Of a stretch of 64,000 nt of DNA, positions 11,501-24,233 are shown piece by piece. Each line of letters opens with the position of its first letter. Position 1 is the first letter of the stretch. The notes below the pieces were generated by a model. The model made no database searches, had not been told where the DNA came from, and saw nothing but the letters and a program-made list of their open reading frames with translations. Source of the DNA: Azolla caroliniana (Eukaryota; Plantae; Polypodiophyta); NCBI GenBank assembly GCA_043228905.1, contig JBHGNT010000006.1:15004001-15068000 (forward strand), given 5' to 3'. Made by a program: the position numbers and the translations under genes.

Positions 11501-14500
11501 GGACTGTCAAAAGTACTGACAGTACTTCAATGCTCATTAAGAGCTCCTACACTAACTCCCAAATATATTCCTCACGGAATATCTTTCCTAACGGCCTCCC
11601 GGTTTACGCACTGATCCGTCCCTACCTACGCACCGGTCTGCGTACCGGTTTACGCATTCGGCCTAACCGATCGGTTCCAGCCGATCCGGTCCTCGGCTTC
11701 TTCAGCCGATTCGGCCGATGTTGAGCTTGTCTCTCAACACTCCCCCTCAAGGTCAACTTGAGGCTCTTCGGGATCTTTGGGCTCACAGCTCCGGTTCCTC
11801 CTGGCTTCACGCCTCGCTCGCGCTCCTCAACGTGTTCGACTCCGCGTGCTTCGACCCTTCTGGTCGGCTTGTCTGCTCATATGGCCCTTATCAGCTCTTC
11901 TGTTGTTCCGGTGTTGACGCTTCTCATGTTGCCTTTTCTTCCGCTTGGGCCTCAGTTGATTCAGCGTATCTGAATCAAACATCCGAACCGACTCGGCTAC
12001 CTCCAATCGGTTTTCGCTCTCGTCCGAGTTGGCTGTCTCCAACTTGTCTTCGGTCTTCTCGCCCTTGATGGCGTCATCTTCCCCATGCATGGTTGGCTTC
12101 GGCTCTCTCCTTCGGCTCCTCCCCTTCTGTCCGCTTCCGGACTTTTCCGCGGGTCTGCCCTCGGCTTCTTCAGCCGATGCTGCCTCGCTTGGTCGTTCGG
12201 GACTGTTTCTCCCCCTCAAGTTCCGCACGTCGAGGTGACGCAATCCGAGCGCGCCTGAGAATTGCCGCAACTTGTCCAGACCAAGAGGCTTGGTGAAGAT
12301 GTCGGCAGTCTGCCGATCCGTCGGAACGTACTGAAGTTCGACTTCACTGGAAAGAACACGCTCACGGACGAAATGGTAGTGCACCTTAATGTGCTTGGTC
12401 CGTGCGTGGAAAATGAGGTTTTTCGCGAGCTGGATGTTGCTGAGGTTGTCGAAGTAGATCGTCGTCGGATCTGACACCTCCTCTTGCAAGTCCTTAAGTA
12501 GCTGCTTCAACCATATGGCTTCGCATGTCACGACAGCTGCTCCTCGATACTCAGCTTCGGTGCTCGACAGTGCAACTGTCGGCTGCTTCTTACTGCTCCA
12601 CGCGATCGCGGCACTCCCGAGGGAGAACGCGTATCCGGACATGGATCGGCGATCGGCGGCGTTGCCAGCCCAATCATCATCGGTGTAGCCAACTAACTGC
12701 GCTACTGTACCGGTCCGATATAGCAGTCACCGGTCCTTAGTGCCGTTGACATACCGAAGTATGCGTTGCGCACACTGAAGGTGCTCCTCGGTAGGTCGCG
12801 CCATGAACTAACTGATCACTCCGACCAGATAACTGAGGTCGGGTCGGGTGATGGTCAAGTATATGAGGCTTCCGACAATTTGTCGGAACCTCGTCGGGTC
12901 GCATACCTTTCCCGTATTGGGACGAAGCTTGATAGTTCTGTCCAGAGGAGTCGAGACGGACTTATAGTCGGCCATCCCGAATTTGAAGAGCATACTCAGC
13001 ACGTAATGACGTTGGTTGATCAATATGCCTTCGGGGGTACGGATCACTTCGATCCCGAGGAAGTAATGAAGGTCCCCCAGATCCTTCATGTTGAACGATG
13101 CCGCAAGCCGGAGCTTCACGCGGTTGATTTCACCTAGGTCGGCGCCGGTGATGACCAAGTCATCAACATATAGTAAAATACTAACTAGTCCGAGTCGACC
13201 TTTCCAGATGAACAGGGAAGACTCTGATTTTGACGTGACGAAGCCCATCCGACGCAGTTGTTGCGTGATCTTCGCATTCCAGGCACGCGGGGCTTGCTTT
13301 AGTCCGTAAAGGGACTTCTTCAGTCGCCATACTACCGAGGAGTTCGTTCCGGAGTGAAATCCGGGGGGTTGTACCATGTACACATGTTCCTCAAGGTCAC
13401 CTTGCAAGAACGCATTATTTACATCCATCTGATGTAGGTGCCACCCCTTCACCACAACTACTACGAGCAAAACACGGACGGTTGTCATTTTCGTGACCGG
13501 CGCAAGCGTCTCATCGTAGTCGATGCCGTGTTTCTGTGCGTAGCCCTTTGCCACTAGTCGAGCCTTGTACCAGTTGACCGCGCCATCGGTGTTGTACTTG
13601 ACCTTGTACACCCACCTACACCCGATCGGTTTTACCCCCCTTGGTGCGTCAACTAGGTCCCAGGTCTCGTTCTTCGCCAATGCATGCACCTCTTCCTCCA
13701 TCGCGGCACGCCAATTCGCGTCTTTAGCCGCTTCTGCGTAGCTCTCCGGCTCACGCACTTCCGCCACACGGGTCATGTACGCATAATGATGCGCCATGTA
13801 CTCGTTGTATCCGAACCGCAAAACAGGATTCTTCAGGTGAGTAGATCGGTGTAATCTCACATTAGCCGATGTCGAGGCCTTCTCGGTCGATGCGGACTTC
13901 ACCTTTAAAGACCCGTCACCGGTTCCCTAGGAGTCGGACTTGCGTCGGTTTGACTCGTCCCTATCCGCGCCGGAATCCGACACCTTCTTCTTCCCTTTCT
14001 CTTTGCACGTAGGCCGTCTCCTCGGCTTCCTGCGTGGGGAATGCACGGCTGAGTCTCCACTACTCGCCGGCTCTTAATCGGACTGGTCGTACCGACTCAG
14101 TCGTCCAATCGGTCCACTTAAACGGAGTGAAATCAAACTCTCTTCGCGGGTCTCGATTTCGGGCTCATCCGAAGGCATCTCGGCCTCGCTGACCTCATCG
14201 TCAGAGCTCGGATTGGAGTCGGGGGCTGGTACCAGGACGCAGACTCGTCAAACACAACGTCGCGGCTAACACGCGCTTGTTTGGTGCGAAGGTTATAGCA
14301 CTTATAACCCTTCTGCTCGTCCGAGTAACCGACCAAGATGCTTTTCTCCGCCTTTGCTTCCAGCTTCCTCCTTTTCTCCTTCGATACATGCACATACGCA
14401 ATGCTACCGAACACCCTCAAGTGTCGCAAGTTCAGCTTCGTTCCGAAATATAGCTCGTGCGCCGACAATTTGTCTCCGATTCGGTTCTGGATGTATACCG

Positions 14501-16447
14501 CGGTCCTTACCGCCTCGGCCCAGTAGAACTTGGGCAAGCTCTTCTCCTCCAGCATTGCCCGTGCCGCTTCCACAATTGACCGATTCTTCCTCTCGGCCAC
14601 GCCATTCTGCTCCGGCGTGTATCTACAACTAAATTCGCGTTGAATTCCCATTTGTTGTAGATAACCGTTGAATTGACCGGAAAAGTACTCTTTCCCACCA
14701 TCCGACCGCAGGCACTTGATCTTTTGTCCCATTTCCGTTTCCACGAACCCTTTGAGGTCCCGGAAACAGTCGAAGACTTCGCCCTTCCTCTCAATGAGGT
14801 AGATTCACGTGTGCCGCGTGTGGTCGTCGATGAAGGAGACGAAGTATCGGCTCCCGCCAAGACTAACGTTTTATGCCGGCCCCCATACATCAGAGTGTAT
14901 AAGGTCGAGCTTGTTCCGGCTCCGGTTTCGCTCGTTGGGGAAAGGAAGTTGGTGTTGCTTCCCGAGCTGGCAGGCTTCACAAATTTGTGCCTTTCGGCGA
15001 CTAAATTTGGGCAATCCGAACACTACCTGTTTCGATTGCAGATCTTGAAGCCGCTGGTAGTTGACGTGGCCTATCCGCTTGTGCCACAAGTCGATGACCG
15101 ACTTGGATTTTTGTCCCTTCGCGAACATTGTGGTGCCGCTGTCAGTGGAGTCGAGGATGAACATCCTCCCGTCTCTGTGCCCTTGCGCAATCACACGGGC
15201 TTCTTCCTCAATGAAGCACTCGAGGTGTGTAAACTGAACCTCCATCCCTTGGTCGACGATCTGTCCGACCGAGACCAACTTTTTCATGATTGTCGGAATG
15301 TGCAGCACGTTCATGAGTTTCCCTTTCTGCCCAACATGGCTAAGGGAAACTTCTCCGACATTCGCAATCGGATGCGGAGTGTCATCTCCAGTTGCAACTA
15401 CTCCAAGTTGTATCGGGTTTTCAAGGTACGAGAACCACTCCTTATGGCTCGTCATGTGGTTTGACGTGCCGGAGTCTACGTACCACACCTCGTCCGATCT
15501 CGGGGTGGTCTGTTTCATTGAGTTTGCTTCGTGTCTCATCACGAAGGCAGACCCTTCTTCAGCACTCCTAGAGTCTTCGTCGTAGTGCGATCGCTGCCGA
15601 TTTCCCTTGTCGGTATGTCCGGAGTTGTTTCCTGGACCGGTTCTCTCCGAATCGGCGCACTTCTTCCAGCACTCACTTTCCCTGTGGCCTTTCTTGCCAC
15701 AGTACCAGCACTCCGCGATGGCCTTCTCTTGCCGGTTCTCATTGCTTTGACTCCCCCTGTTTCTGGAAGGTCCGGAGTTGCTATCGGCATCACTTCGGTG
15801 CCTTCTTCCTTGATCTCGTCGGCCGCCTCCATTGCACGCTGACTCACCTCGTCCTCCACGTCCACGGGGCCTATCTCCCTCCGTGTACATCATTCTGCTA
15901 TCAGGGTGCGTGCTTGTAGACGCACCCGCGTGGTTCTCCTCTACCAGGAGCATTGACTGTAAGTCGAGAAAGGACGACGTATTCTCCGGGGTACACACAG
16001 CCGTTCGGAACGCTCCGAACTTCGACGCCAAACCTCCGAGACAGATCTAGACCATCTTGCTCTCTTCGATGTTCACCTCTATGGAGGCGAGGGAGTCGCA
16101 GATATCCTTGATCTTCGAGGTATAGTCCGCCACCGACAAGTCGCGTTGTCGTAGGTTGGTCAACTCCTGTCGGAGCTGAAGCTTCCTTGCTGTGGTGCTC
16201 GCGGCGAAAATCTTCTTCAGATTTTCCCACGCACCCTTCGACGTCTTTGCATCCCGAACATAGCTCAATAGTTGTTCGCCCACACACGACGCGAAGCAGT
16301 ATAATACCCTGCTCGCCGATTGCTCCCATGATGGGAAATCTCTATGTGTCGATTCGGGTGCCGTGTCATTAGCTCCTTCGACATAACTCTAGTAGCCGTG
16401 CCCGAGCAGGTACTGGTGCATCTTGTAGGACCAAGACGCGTAGTTGG

Positions 16448-17541
16448 TGTTACCGGCCTGCAAAGGAGTCCACAGTGTGAAACGGGGAGTTATTTAATTA
16501 GTAGGAATGGTTGTAAGTAAGCTATGAGTGTGGACAGACGGACCGGAATCGGTATGCCGTTCCGGATCCAAACCGATCCCGAACAGGTGCGGATGGCACC
16601 GTTTTGTAATACAGACCAGAAACCTATTTAAAGGCCCGGATACAATGTAATGAATAACGGTTAATTAATAAAGTTCAGTGTTGTTATCTCTCTGTGTTAA
16701 TTGCCATTCTGCATTCATTGTTATATCTTACGCGTGTGATTATTAAAGACAATCATGCTAAGTAACCTAATTGTTGGGAGACAGGTCCCTCCAGATGGGA
16801 AGGGAGAAGAACAGTGCCGATGAACAAACTCGGCTACGGAGAGCCGGATGATACAGACCCGGTGAAGACCGGATGAGGAGTACCCGGCTACGGAGAGCTG
16901 GATGATACAGACCCGGTGAAGACCGGATGAGGAGTACCCGGCTACAGAGAGCCGGATGATACAGACCCGGTGAAGACCGGATGAGGAGTACCCAGCTACG
17001 GAGAGCCGGATGGTGCAGACCTGGTATGAACCGGATGAAGAGACATATTCGTAAATATGTTTTCTGAGAGTTCATCGAGGCTATATTTGTAAATAGCCGA
17101 AAAGTCATATTAGTATAAATATGACTTAGGGCAAACTTTTAGCAGTTGTTGTTATTTTCTGTTTTGCACGAGATTAGTGTGCGTAACTGTACAGAGAGAG
17201 AGAGAGAGAGGGAACAAGGTCGTTGCCTCTGTTGTAACCGCCGCCTGTGGCGAAGATCGTGAGCACGAGGTCGTTGCCTCCGTGAACTCACTGTTTGTAC
17301 ATTCCAATATAGTGATAGTTTGCAGCCTGTGGGCTGCCGTGGTTTTTCCCTCAGTTTGGGTTTTCCACGTAAACATCCTGTCTATCTTTTTTCTCTCCTT
17401 TGTGTAGTGCATTTGTTTCCCGTTTTTCTGTGTATGAAAAGAATCTCGGTTGTGGCCGAGCGTTGGCCGTAACACCCCTTTGGTGAAGTGTCTTCCGTAG
17501 ACACCCTGTGTTAGGCCATTGTCCGGCCCTAAGAGTTAACA
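16448..17541 (+). mobile_element. Solo LTR (1094 bp) inserted in the Copia C gag
   Basis: TGTTA..TAACA termini and a perfect 5-bp TSD GTTGG (16443-16447, 17542-17546). Removing it restores KLDRTNYASWSYKM. It shares motifs with the LTRs at 25734 and 30456. Confidence 0.9.
16831..17040. repeat. 54-bp tandem repeat, about 4 copies, inside the solo LTR
   Basis: The unit CGGCTACGGAGAGCCGGATGATACAGACCCGGTGAAGACCGGATGAGGAGTACC is repeated. Confidence 0.92.
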
Positions 17542-20210
17542 GTTGGTTCTGTCGAGCTTCTCTGTTGGAAGCGAGCTCGCCATGCCTCTCTCCATCGTTC
17601 TTCTTGTTCTTCTTCATCAAGCTGTGTTGGCTGCAGAGAGGTTCTCAACCCTCACGCTCTGATACCATGTAAAAAGTAGCGTGCGGAAGCAAGTATAAAG
17701 ACCGAACAGAAGGAAGAAAACTCAGGTTTAATGGAGAGCTTGAGCTTACGCAGTATACACGGGAGAGGCAGAGACAGAGAGAATGAGAGAGAGAAACCAC
17801 AAGAACTATATTCAAAAGTACTCAATCTCTATTCACTACTCTATACATGTGTGTTCAATGAACACTTTTATACAAGTCCTATAAGGACTGACAGAAGTAC
17901 TGACAGTACTTCAATGCTCATTAAGAGCTCCTACACTAACTCCCAAATATATTCCTCACGGAATATCTTTCCTAACGGCCTCCCGGTTTACGCACCGATC
18001 CATCCCTACCTACGCACCGGTCTGCATACCGGTTTACGCATTCGGCCTAACCGATCGGTCCCAACCGATCGGGTCCTCGGCTTCTTCAGCCGATCCGGCC
18101 CATGTTGAGCTTGTCTCTCAACAACGAATATCTGCCATACGGAGCCAGAACAAGCATGCTTCCCACTCTGTAATGTCGAGGTGGTTACACGTGGCTTTAC
18201 TGATCACGTTCACCCCCGAGCCCCCATCGATAATGCAACCAATGATTTCTTGTCCTTGTAGCACCACCGTAATAACTGGATTGTGATGATCAACCACGAT
18301 TGGTCCTGAGGCAAACTTCATAAAGTTCGCCGGAATTTCTACTCTATCTGTGCCCTGCATTCGGGTTTCCACAACTTGACGGAACTGTGGAACCAGATTT
18401 AATACTTTATCCATTGTTAGCGTAATCTGGCAATCGGAAATTGCTTGCCAAATCGGGTCTATCGCCTATGTTGTGTCTTTTTCGTGGTTGGTGATGTGCC
18501 TAGACTCTAGGCACATGAGTTTTACATTGGCTTCATTTGCTTTTTCCACCCAAGCTTTTGAAGCTTTGCGGATCTCGCGTTGCTCTATCCAGCCCGTGTT
18601 TCTCGCCTTATTACGGGTCGTGATTGTGTTCACTGTTGGCCCCTTCCCTTTATCACTTCGTGGGCATTGAGTCACATAGTGGTTGGTTGTTGAAAAATAA
18701 AACAGTTGACACTAGACTCACCCTTTTCTACCACTTCGGAAATCATGGGCTCCATTGTTGGCGTCTGTGTTTCCCGTGAATGCTGGAACCGCCTGTTGGT
18801 ATGGGGTTTTTGTCGATATTCACGAAGATTATCCTTGCGCCGCTCTTCCTCTGAACTTTTGTCGGGGATTCGTTGATTCTGCGATTGTCGGTTGCCTCCA
18901 TATGAGCGGGGCTTAGCCTGACTGCCGCGATTGTTAGTGGAACATTGGTTATCATAGTGATGCCCTCCCCGAGGATTGTACCGGTCATGGGTTGGGTATT
19001 CCCCTTCCTCTTGATCTTCTTCTTTTGAATATGGATCATTGTCGCAGCGAAGATGGTTCAGTCGGCCCGAACGTTGATTATGCTCTGGATTTCGGTAGTG
19101 CTCCTCCCGTTGACCATGGTCATTCTGGCGGTTCATTTGTTGAGGCTCCATATGATGGACTGATGGTGTGGGCCTATTTAACATGTTATATTCGCATTGA
19201 TCCACTGTGTGCGCCCTTGAGTGACAAATCGGAATCCACTGCGGAATGCCCTGAGTTCAAATAGATTGTGCACTATATGGCTTGCTGGAAGCGGTACTCC
19301 TTGTCTTTAGGTAATACTTGACGCAACGATGCCATGGACATCCCCTCTTCATCGTCTTCCAATTCGAGCGACATGGCCCGTTCTATAACCGTGTCTGCCA
19401 TTTGGCCTGTAAATTTTGCATTCCTAATGTTGTCCGGAAGGGTCGATGCAACACTGCCAAAAATGTCTCTTTCGCTTCGTCCTTTGTGGGAGCTCTTATT
19501 AGCTGGCGTCGTAGGCTTTGGAAACGCAAGCTGAAACTAGCAACAAACTCTTGTTGGAGTTGTTTAATTGTATAGAACTGGCCGATAATTTCACGTTGCG
19601 GAATGCTTCGGTGAAAGAATCGTAAAAACACCAATTGGAGTTGGTCCAAGGAGGCGAACGACGCAATGATGAGCTGGGAATGCCAACGGGCAGCTCGTTC
19701 GTCCAAGGTTAATCCAAATTCTGCGATTTTGGTGGCGTGTGCTTCAGCCTCCAGAAGCCTCTATGACATATGGTTCGCATTCTAGAAATTCAAGAACGAC
19801 TGAGCATGGCCCTCGGCGTCGGTATCTTCGTTGAAACGAGGGTATGAGATAGCTATCACAATAGACTGGCTAATGTTGAGGTAAGTGCTATCAACGCGAT
19901 GTGGGGGTGTTCGTGGAGTGGACGGTTCAGTATATTGGTAAGGTGGTGAGATGATCTCCTATCTAGTCCCGCTTTGTTCGGTGAGCGTCAATTCGAGCAT
20001 ATGTTTTGAGAGATTTGGAAAGCAGTTGTTAAGGCGTGGTTTTTGCGTGACGTGTTCCTTCGCCTTTCGGGTTACGGACCAGGTTTGTAGTTGATCTTGA
20101 CGAATTGGTTCTCTAGTGCGTCGACGGCTAGACATCCATTCGTTGATGTTCGGTTGTGAGAATTACAGATCACCAGGCGTGCCAAAAGTGTTACCGGTTA
20201 CGATAACACA

Positions 20211-23175
20211 GCCTACCCTCAATCCTTAAGGGTATGATTCAAGAAGATTACGGTACAGGGAATGAGAAGCATAATAGGTGTCACTCAAGTAATTGTGACT
20301 GTTTTACGTCGTAGGGTGTATGTGAGGGAAGAAGCGTTAACGAGAGACGGCTATAACTGAGCTCCTTCGCATAGTGCGTCGCTTCTAGCACAGACACGCT
20401 TGATTGCCACAAATAGAAGATACATAAAAAGAAATAGACACAATTCTTCGAAAAGACACTGGCGGGTGAACCCTCATCTTCGCTCTCCGTCGTCTGTGTT
20501 AGTGCACGCTCAATCATCTGTTGTTCAACGTGCTCCTCGACCATTCATTGGGACATCTTAATCTGCTGTGTCGCTAGGAATTCCATGAGTTCATATGTCG
20601 TCCTGAATTGTAACAATGCCCCGAACTCATGGGTTGTATCCGGAATGTCTGGATAGTGTAAGACTTCACTTTCTGTCGTAAGCACGCCTTTTCCATGTTG
20701 CGATTGTGCCGTTATGATTGGTTGCGGCTCGCGGATGAGCTCTTCCACCCGTGCGTCTGCATCCTTTAATAGTCCGCGATCATTCTTGCGATCCAGCTGT
20801 CGACGCTTAGACCTAGGGCTACCATGGCTCGGCTCTTGTGGTTCTTGTTCGGCTGTAGATGGCGCTTCTCCGGAATTGACTCGGTTGGCCTGCCTCTCCT
20901 CTTGCGTCAGCACTATTTCGACGGTGGTAGGGTTTGGTTCCTCCTCCCATTCCATCGTCGCCAGGTCTGTTAATCATTGTTTCGCAGATCAAGGTGGAGG
21001 CATGGGTCTTGTATCCGGTGCGGGCAGTCCTTGGGGAGGAAACAACACGGTTAAGTATTGTTGTATTATTGGATGCAACTTCTTCCCGGCCTGAAAGGCG
21101 TGTAGGCCTTCTCTTAACGCTGGGCCTGTGAGTACTCCGCAATCCACGGTGCGGCCTTCGAACATGTTGATGATGATGCCGACTTTCTGCTACGGCATCC
21201 CGTAAGCGTTCACATGGACGCAACCGACTTCCACTAAAAATTTTGCAACCTCCCGGAAAAAAGCGTTTAGAATGTTCATTGTTCTATAGGCTTTGGCGGA
21301 GGTTGAGTACTCTCCAAAATATCTTTCCAGGTCTTCTATAGGTGGAATCTCAAAATGTTTCTCTCCTACCACCGTCAAACCCAGCTTCTTTCCGATGTTG
21401 GCATTCGTAACTATGTTAATATTGAGCTTCCTGACGATTTCTTGGGCATCGAGGTGCGATGGCGCCTTTGCTACCCGGATCTAGCCTTCAAAGCCCTTTT
21501 CCAAGAGCCATCGTCTTATTTCTGAGGAGATGGGCATCGACATAGTACCTTGGCATGGATCGTGCAAGGAGTGATTAGGGGTTAGGGCATGCGAGTTGCG
21601 CGTACCTTGATGCCTATGAAAACCTCGAGAGCGAGGAGATTGAGGGGAGCAGAAGGCTTGATTATGTTTTCTGTAAGGTGCAGAAAACCGTCTGTTCTCC
21701 TCTTTTTGCGATTTAGGGTTCATGGGCATGTGCATCATTGTGCCGACACATGTTCTTTCCCTTGGAAAGTGTGCATGCATAAAAGCCCTTTAATAGTTGT
21801 GACTGTCCTCTCTTTTTTTAATGGTAAAGTACAATATTAATGTTACATTTCTTAGAAGTGGGTCCCGACTACTGGTTGACGCAAACGGCCGTATCGTCTT
21901 TTACGACATGAAACGGATTCAGTGGCGTAGGTCCGAAGTACGGCTTCAGGCGAAACTCGTTCACTTTGTGCGACAATATTTCGCCTGCAAGGGTCCCTAA
22001 TTGAAAGATTCCGTTTTCGACCCCTATTATCCAATACGACCCTTTCCAACAGAATCGTAATTTTTCTCGCATTTGGCCCATCCGGGTTTGGAAGACTAAA
22101 ACGGCCCTCCCAACTTTGAAGTGTTTCTCACTAGTGCCTCGGTGTCGGTCTACGAACGCTTGACGTTGTCTCTGCTCGTGTTCTAGGATTTCCATACTTT
22201 GGCCCATGTTTCAACTAACTCGAGTAATTGTTGTAAACGTATCTGTTTGGACTAACCTTCTAACAGTCTTTCATGGACTTGAATATGCAAGCTGGGTATC
22301 TGAAATTCAATGGGCATTACGGCTTCTAGCCCGTACGCTAGTCGGAAGGGATTTGATTGTACGCTTGTCTTGTAGCTCGTGTGGTAAGCCCACAAGGCGC
22401 TATGCTACTTAATGTCCCAGTTCGTTCTATTCTCATTAACGATCTTTTTCAGGATATTCTACAACGTCTTGTTCGCTGATTTTGAGGATAATACGGTGTA
22501 CTCTTCTTATGTACTATAGCGTAATGGTGTGTGAGGTCGTGGATAACCATATTCAAGAAATGGCTTCCTTGATTGCTTATGAGTTCTATTGGGCAACCAA
22601 AATGGCACCAAATGTGCTCGTATAAGAATTTTGTCGTCGATGCCGCGGTGTTATCCCGTAATGCTTTCGCTTCTACCCATTTCGTGCAATAATCCGTGGC
22701 GACTAAGATATATTTATTCCTTTTTCATGTCACTGCCTGGAGTAAAGGGGCCGACAAAATTGAGACCCCATTTTTGGAAGGGGTCGAGCGGGAGCATTGG
22801 CTGGTGCGGCATTCTTGCGAGCTCCGTAGGTTGGCCGATGCGTTGGCAGAGGTTGCACTCTTTACAATATTGATACGCGTCTTTTTGCATAGTTGGCCAC
22901 CAAAGGTCTGCTTGCCATACTTTTCGGGTTGTAATGTCTCTTGTGTAATGGCCTCTGGTCATTCCGCAATGAGCATCGCGTAAAACGGCTTCCTTCTCCT
23001 CTTGTAGTATACCACGTCTCCAGATACCTACGCTCCCCTTATGATATAGGATTCCTTCAACTAGATAGAAATTGCGGCTCCGTACTACGAGTCTTTTCTT
23101 TTTGTCTGTTCATAATTGTGGTGGTGGCAGTCCCGTTGTCAAGAAGTAGGTCATCTGCATCAGCCACTGGTCCAG
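20211..23175 (-). mobile_element. Gypsy element C, 3' half (integrase plus extra 3' ORF), in tandem upstream of B
   Basis: Integrase HHCC (GHY..LWWPTM..CNLCQ) and PFQKWGLNF are homologous to B at 8.8-9.4 kb. The GPY-like C-terminus is at 21869-22207, followed by an extra ORF. Confidence 0.8.
20440..21543 (-). pseudogene. Extra ORF 3' of pol in Gypsy C (unknown function)
   Basis: ATG at 21543 (MSMPISSEIRRWLLEKG). The ORF pieces ending at 21481, 21190, 20545 and 20281 are all in one frame and are broken only by TAG/TGA stops. The true 3' end is uncertain. Confidence 0.65.
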
Positions 23176-24233
23176 AAATTCAGGCTAAGAGAAATGAAGA
23201 AACATCATGCAGGGACAAACAAGAGCGCCCAGGTGAATCAAAAAGCTCATAGCATCCTCATATGATATTGGATTTGAGAGTTCAAATAGATGAATCAAAG
23301 CCAATGAAGTAGGCTATGATATGGCATGATAAAATATGAATTTCGAAATTCACGGCAAAAGACATGAAGGAAAAAGTAAACTTGTGGCAGAAGTCATCTA
23401 AGGGCAAAAAAAAGCACCCACATGAATCAAAAAGCTCACAACGTCCTCATATGATATCAAATTTCAGAGTTTAAATAGGTAAAAACAAATCCAATGAAGT
23501 ACGTTATGATATGACCTAATAAAATCTAAGTTTTCAAATTCAGTCCAAGAGACATGAAGGAAAAAGTAAAGTTGTGGCAGAAGTCATGCAGGGGCAAACA
23601 AGAATGCCCACGTGAATCAAAAAGCTTATAATGTCCTCATATGATATCGGATTTTAGAGTTCAAATAGTTGAATCAAAGCCAACAAAGTAGGCTATGATA
23701 TAACCTAATAAAATCTAATTTTTGAAATTCAGGCCAGGAGAAATGAAGAAAAAGGTAAGGTTGTGGAAGAAGTCATGCAGGGGCTAACAAGAGCGCCCAT
23801 GTGAATCAAAAAGCTCATAGTGTCCTCATATGATATCAGATTTGAGAGGAGAAATAGGTGAATCAAAACCAACGAAGTAGTCTATGATATAACGTGATAA
23901 AATATGGATTTCAAAATTCACGGTGAGAGACATGAAGGAAACAATAAACTTGTAGCAAAAGTCATCCAGGGGCAAACAAGAGCACCCACATGAATCAAAA
24001 ACCTCACAACGTCCTCATATGATATTAGATTTCAGAGTACAAATAGGTGAATCAAAGCCAACAAAATAGGCTAAGATATGGCATGATAATGTATAAATTT
24101 TGAAATTCACAATGAGAGACATGAAGGAAAAAGTAAAGTTGTGGCAAACGTCATGCAATAATAGACAAGAGCGCCCACATGAATCAAACATCTCATAGCT
24201 TCCTCATATTATATCGGATTTCAGAGGTCAAAT
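23175..24233. repeat. ~189-bp satellite array, about 5.6 diverged copies
   Basis: The TGAATCAAAAAGCTCA-type anchor occurs at 23234, 23423, 23613, 23802, 23991 and 24180. Confidence 0.95.

Larger units (their letters stand above)
11282..18123 (-). mobile_element. Full-length but decayed Ty1/Copia element C
   Basis: LTRs 11282-11739 and 17668-18123 are highly similar. PBS (reverse complement GCTCTGATACCA) at 17656-17667, PPT at 11740-11751, imperfect TSD ACGAG/ACGAA. Gag, CCHC, protease (YVDSG), IN, RT (YVDD) and RH are present with stops and frameshifts. Confidence 0.95.
8596..20210 (-). mobile_element. Gypsy element B (same family as A), decayed, interrupted by Copia C
   Basis: PBS at 20167-20184 next to an LTR end at 20189. 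Gag 19383-19860, protease IIDGGSGVNVIS (18118-18414), RT (FLDD, 10131-11002), RNase H (VDAS, VDH; 9226-9950) and integrase (PFQKWGLDF, DQGSHF; 8610-9220) are in Gypsy order. Confidence 0.88.

Noticed and set aside
14673-15464. Long antisense ORFs over Copia pol (also 24773-25498 and 26367-30467 on the plus strand)
   Set aside because: They are shadow ORFs of GC-rich coding sequence with no recognisable motifs.
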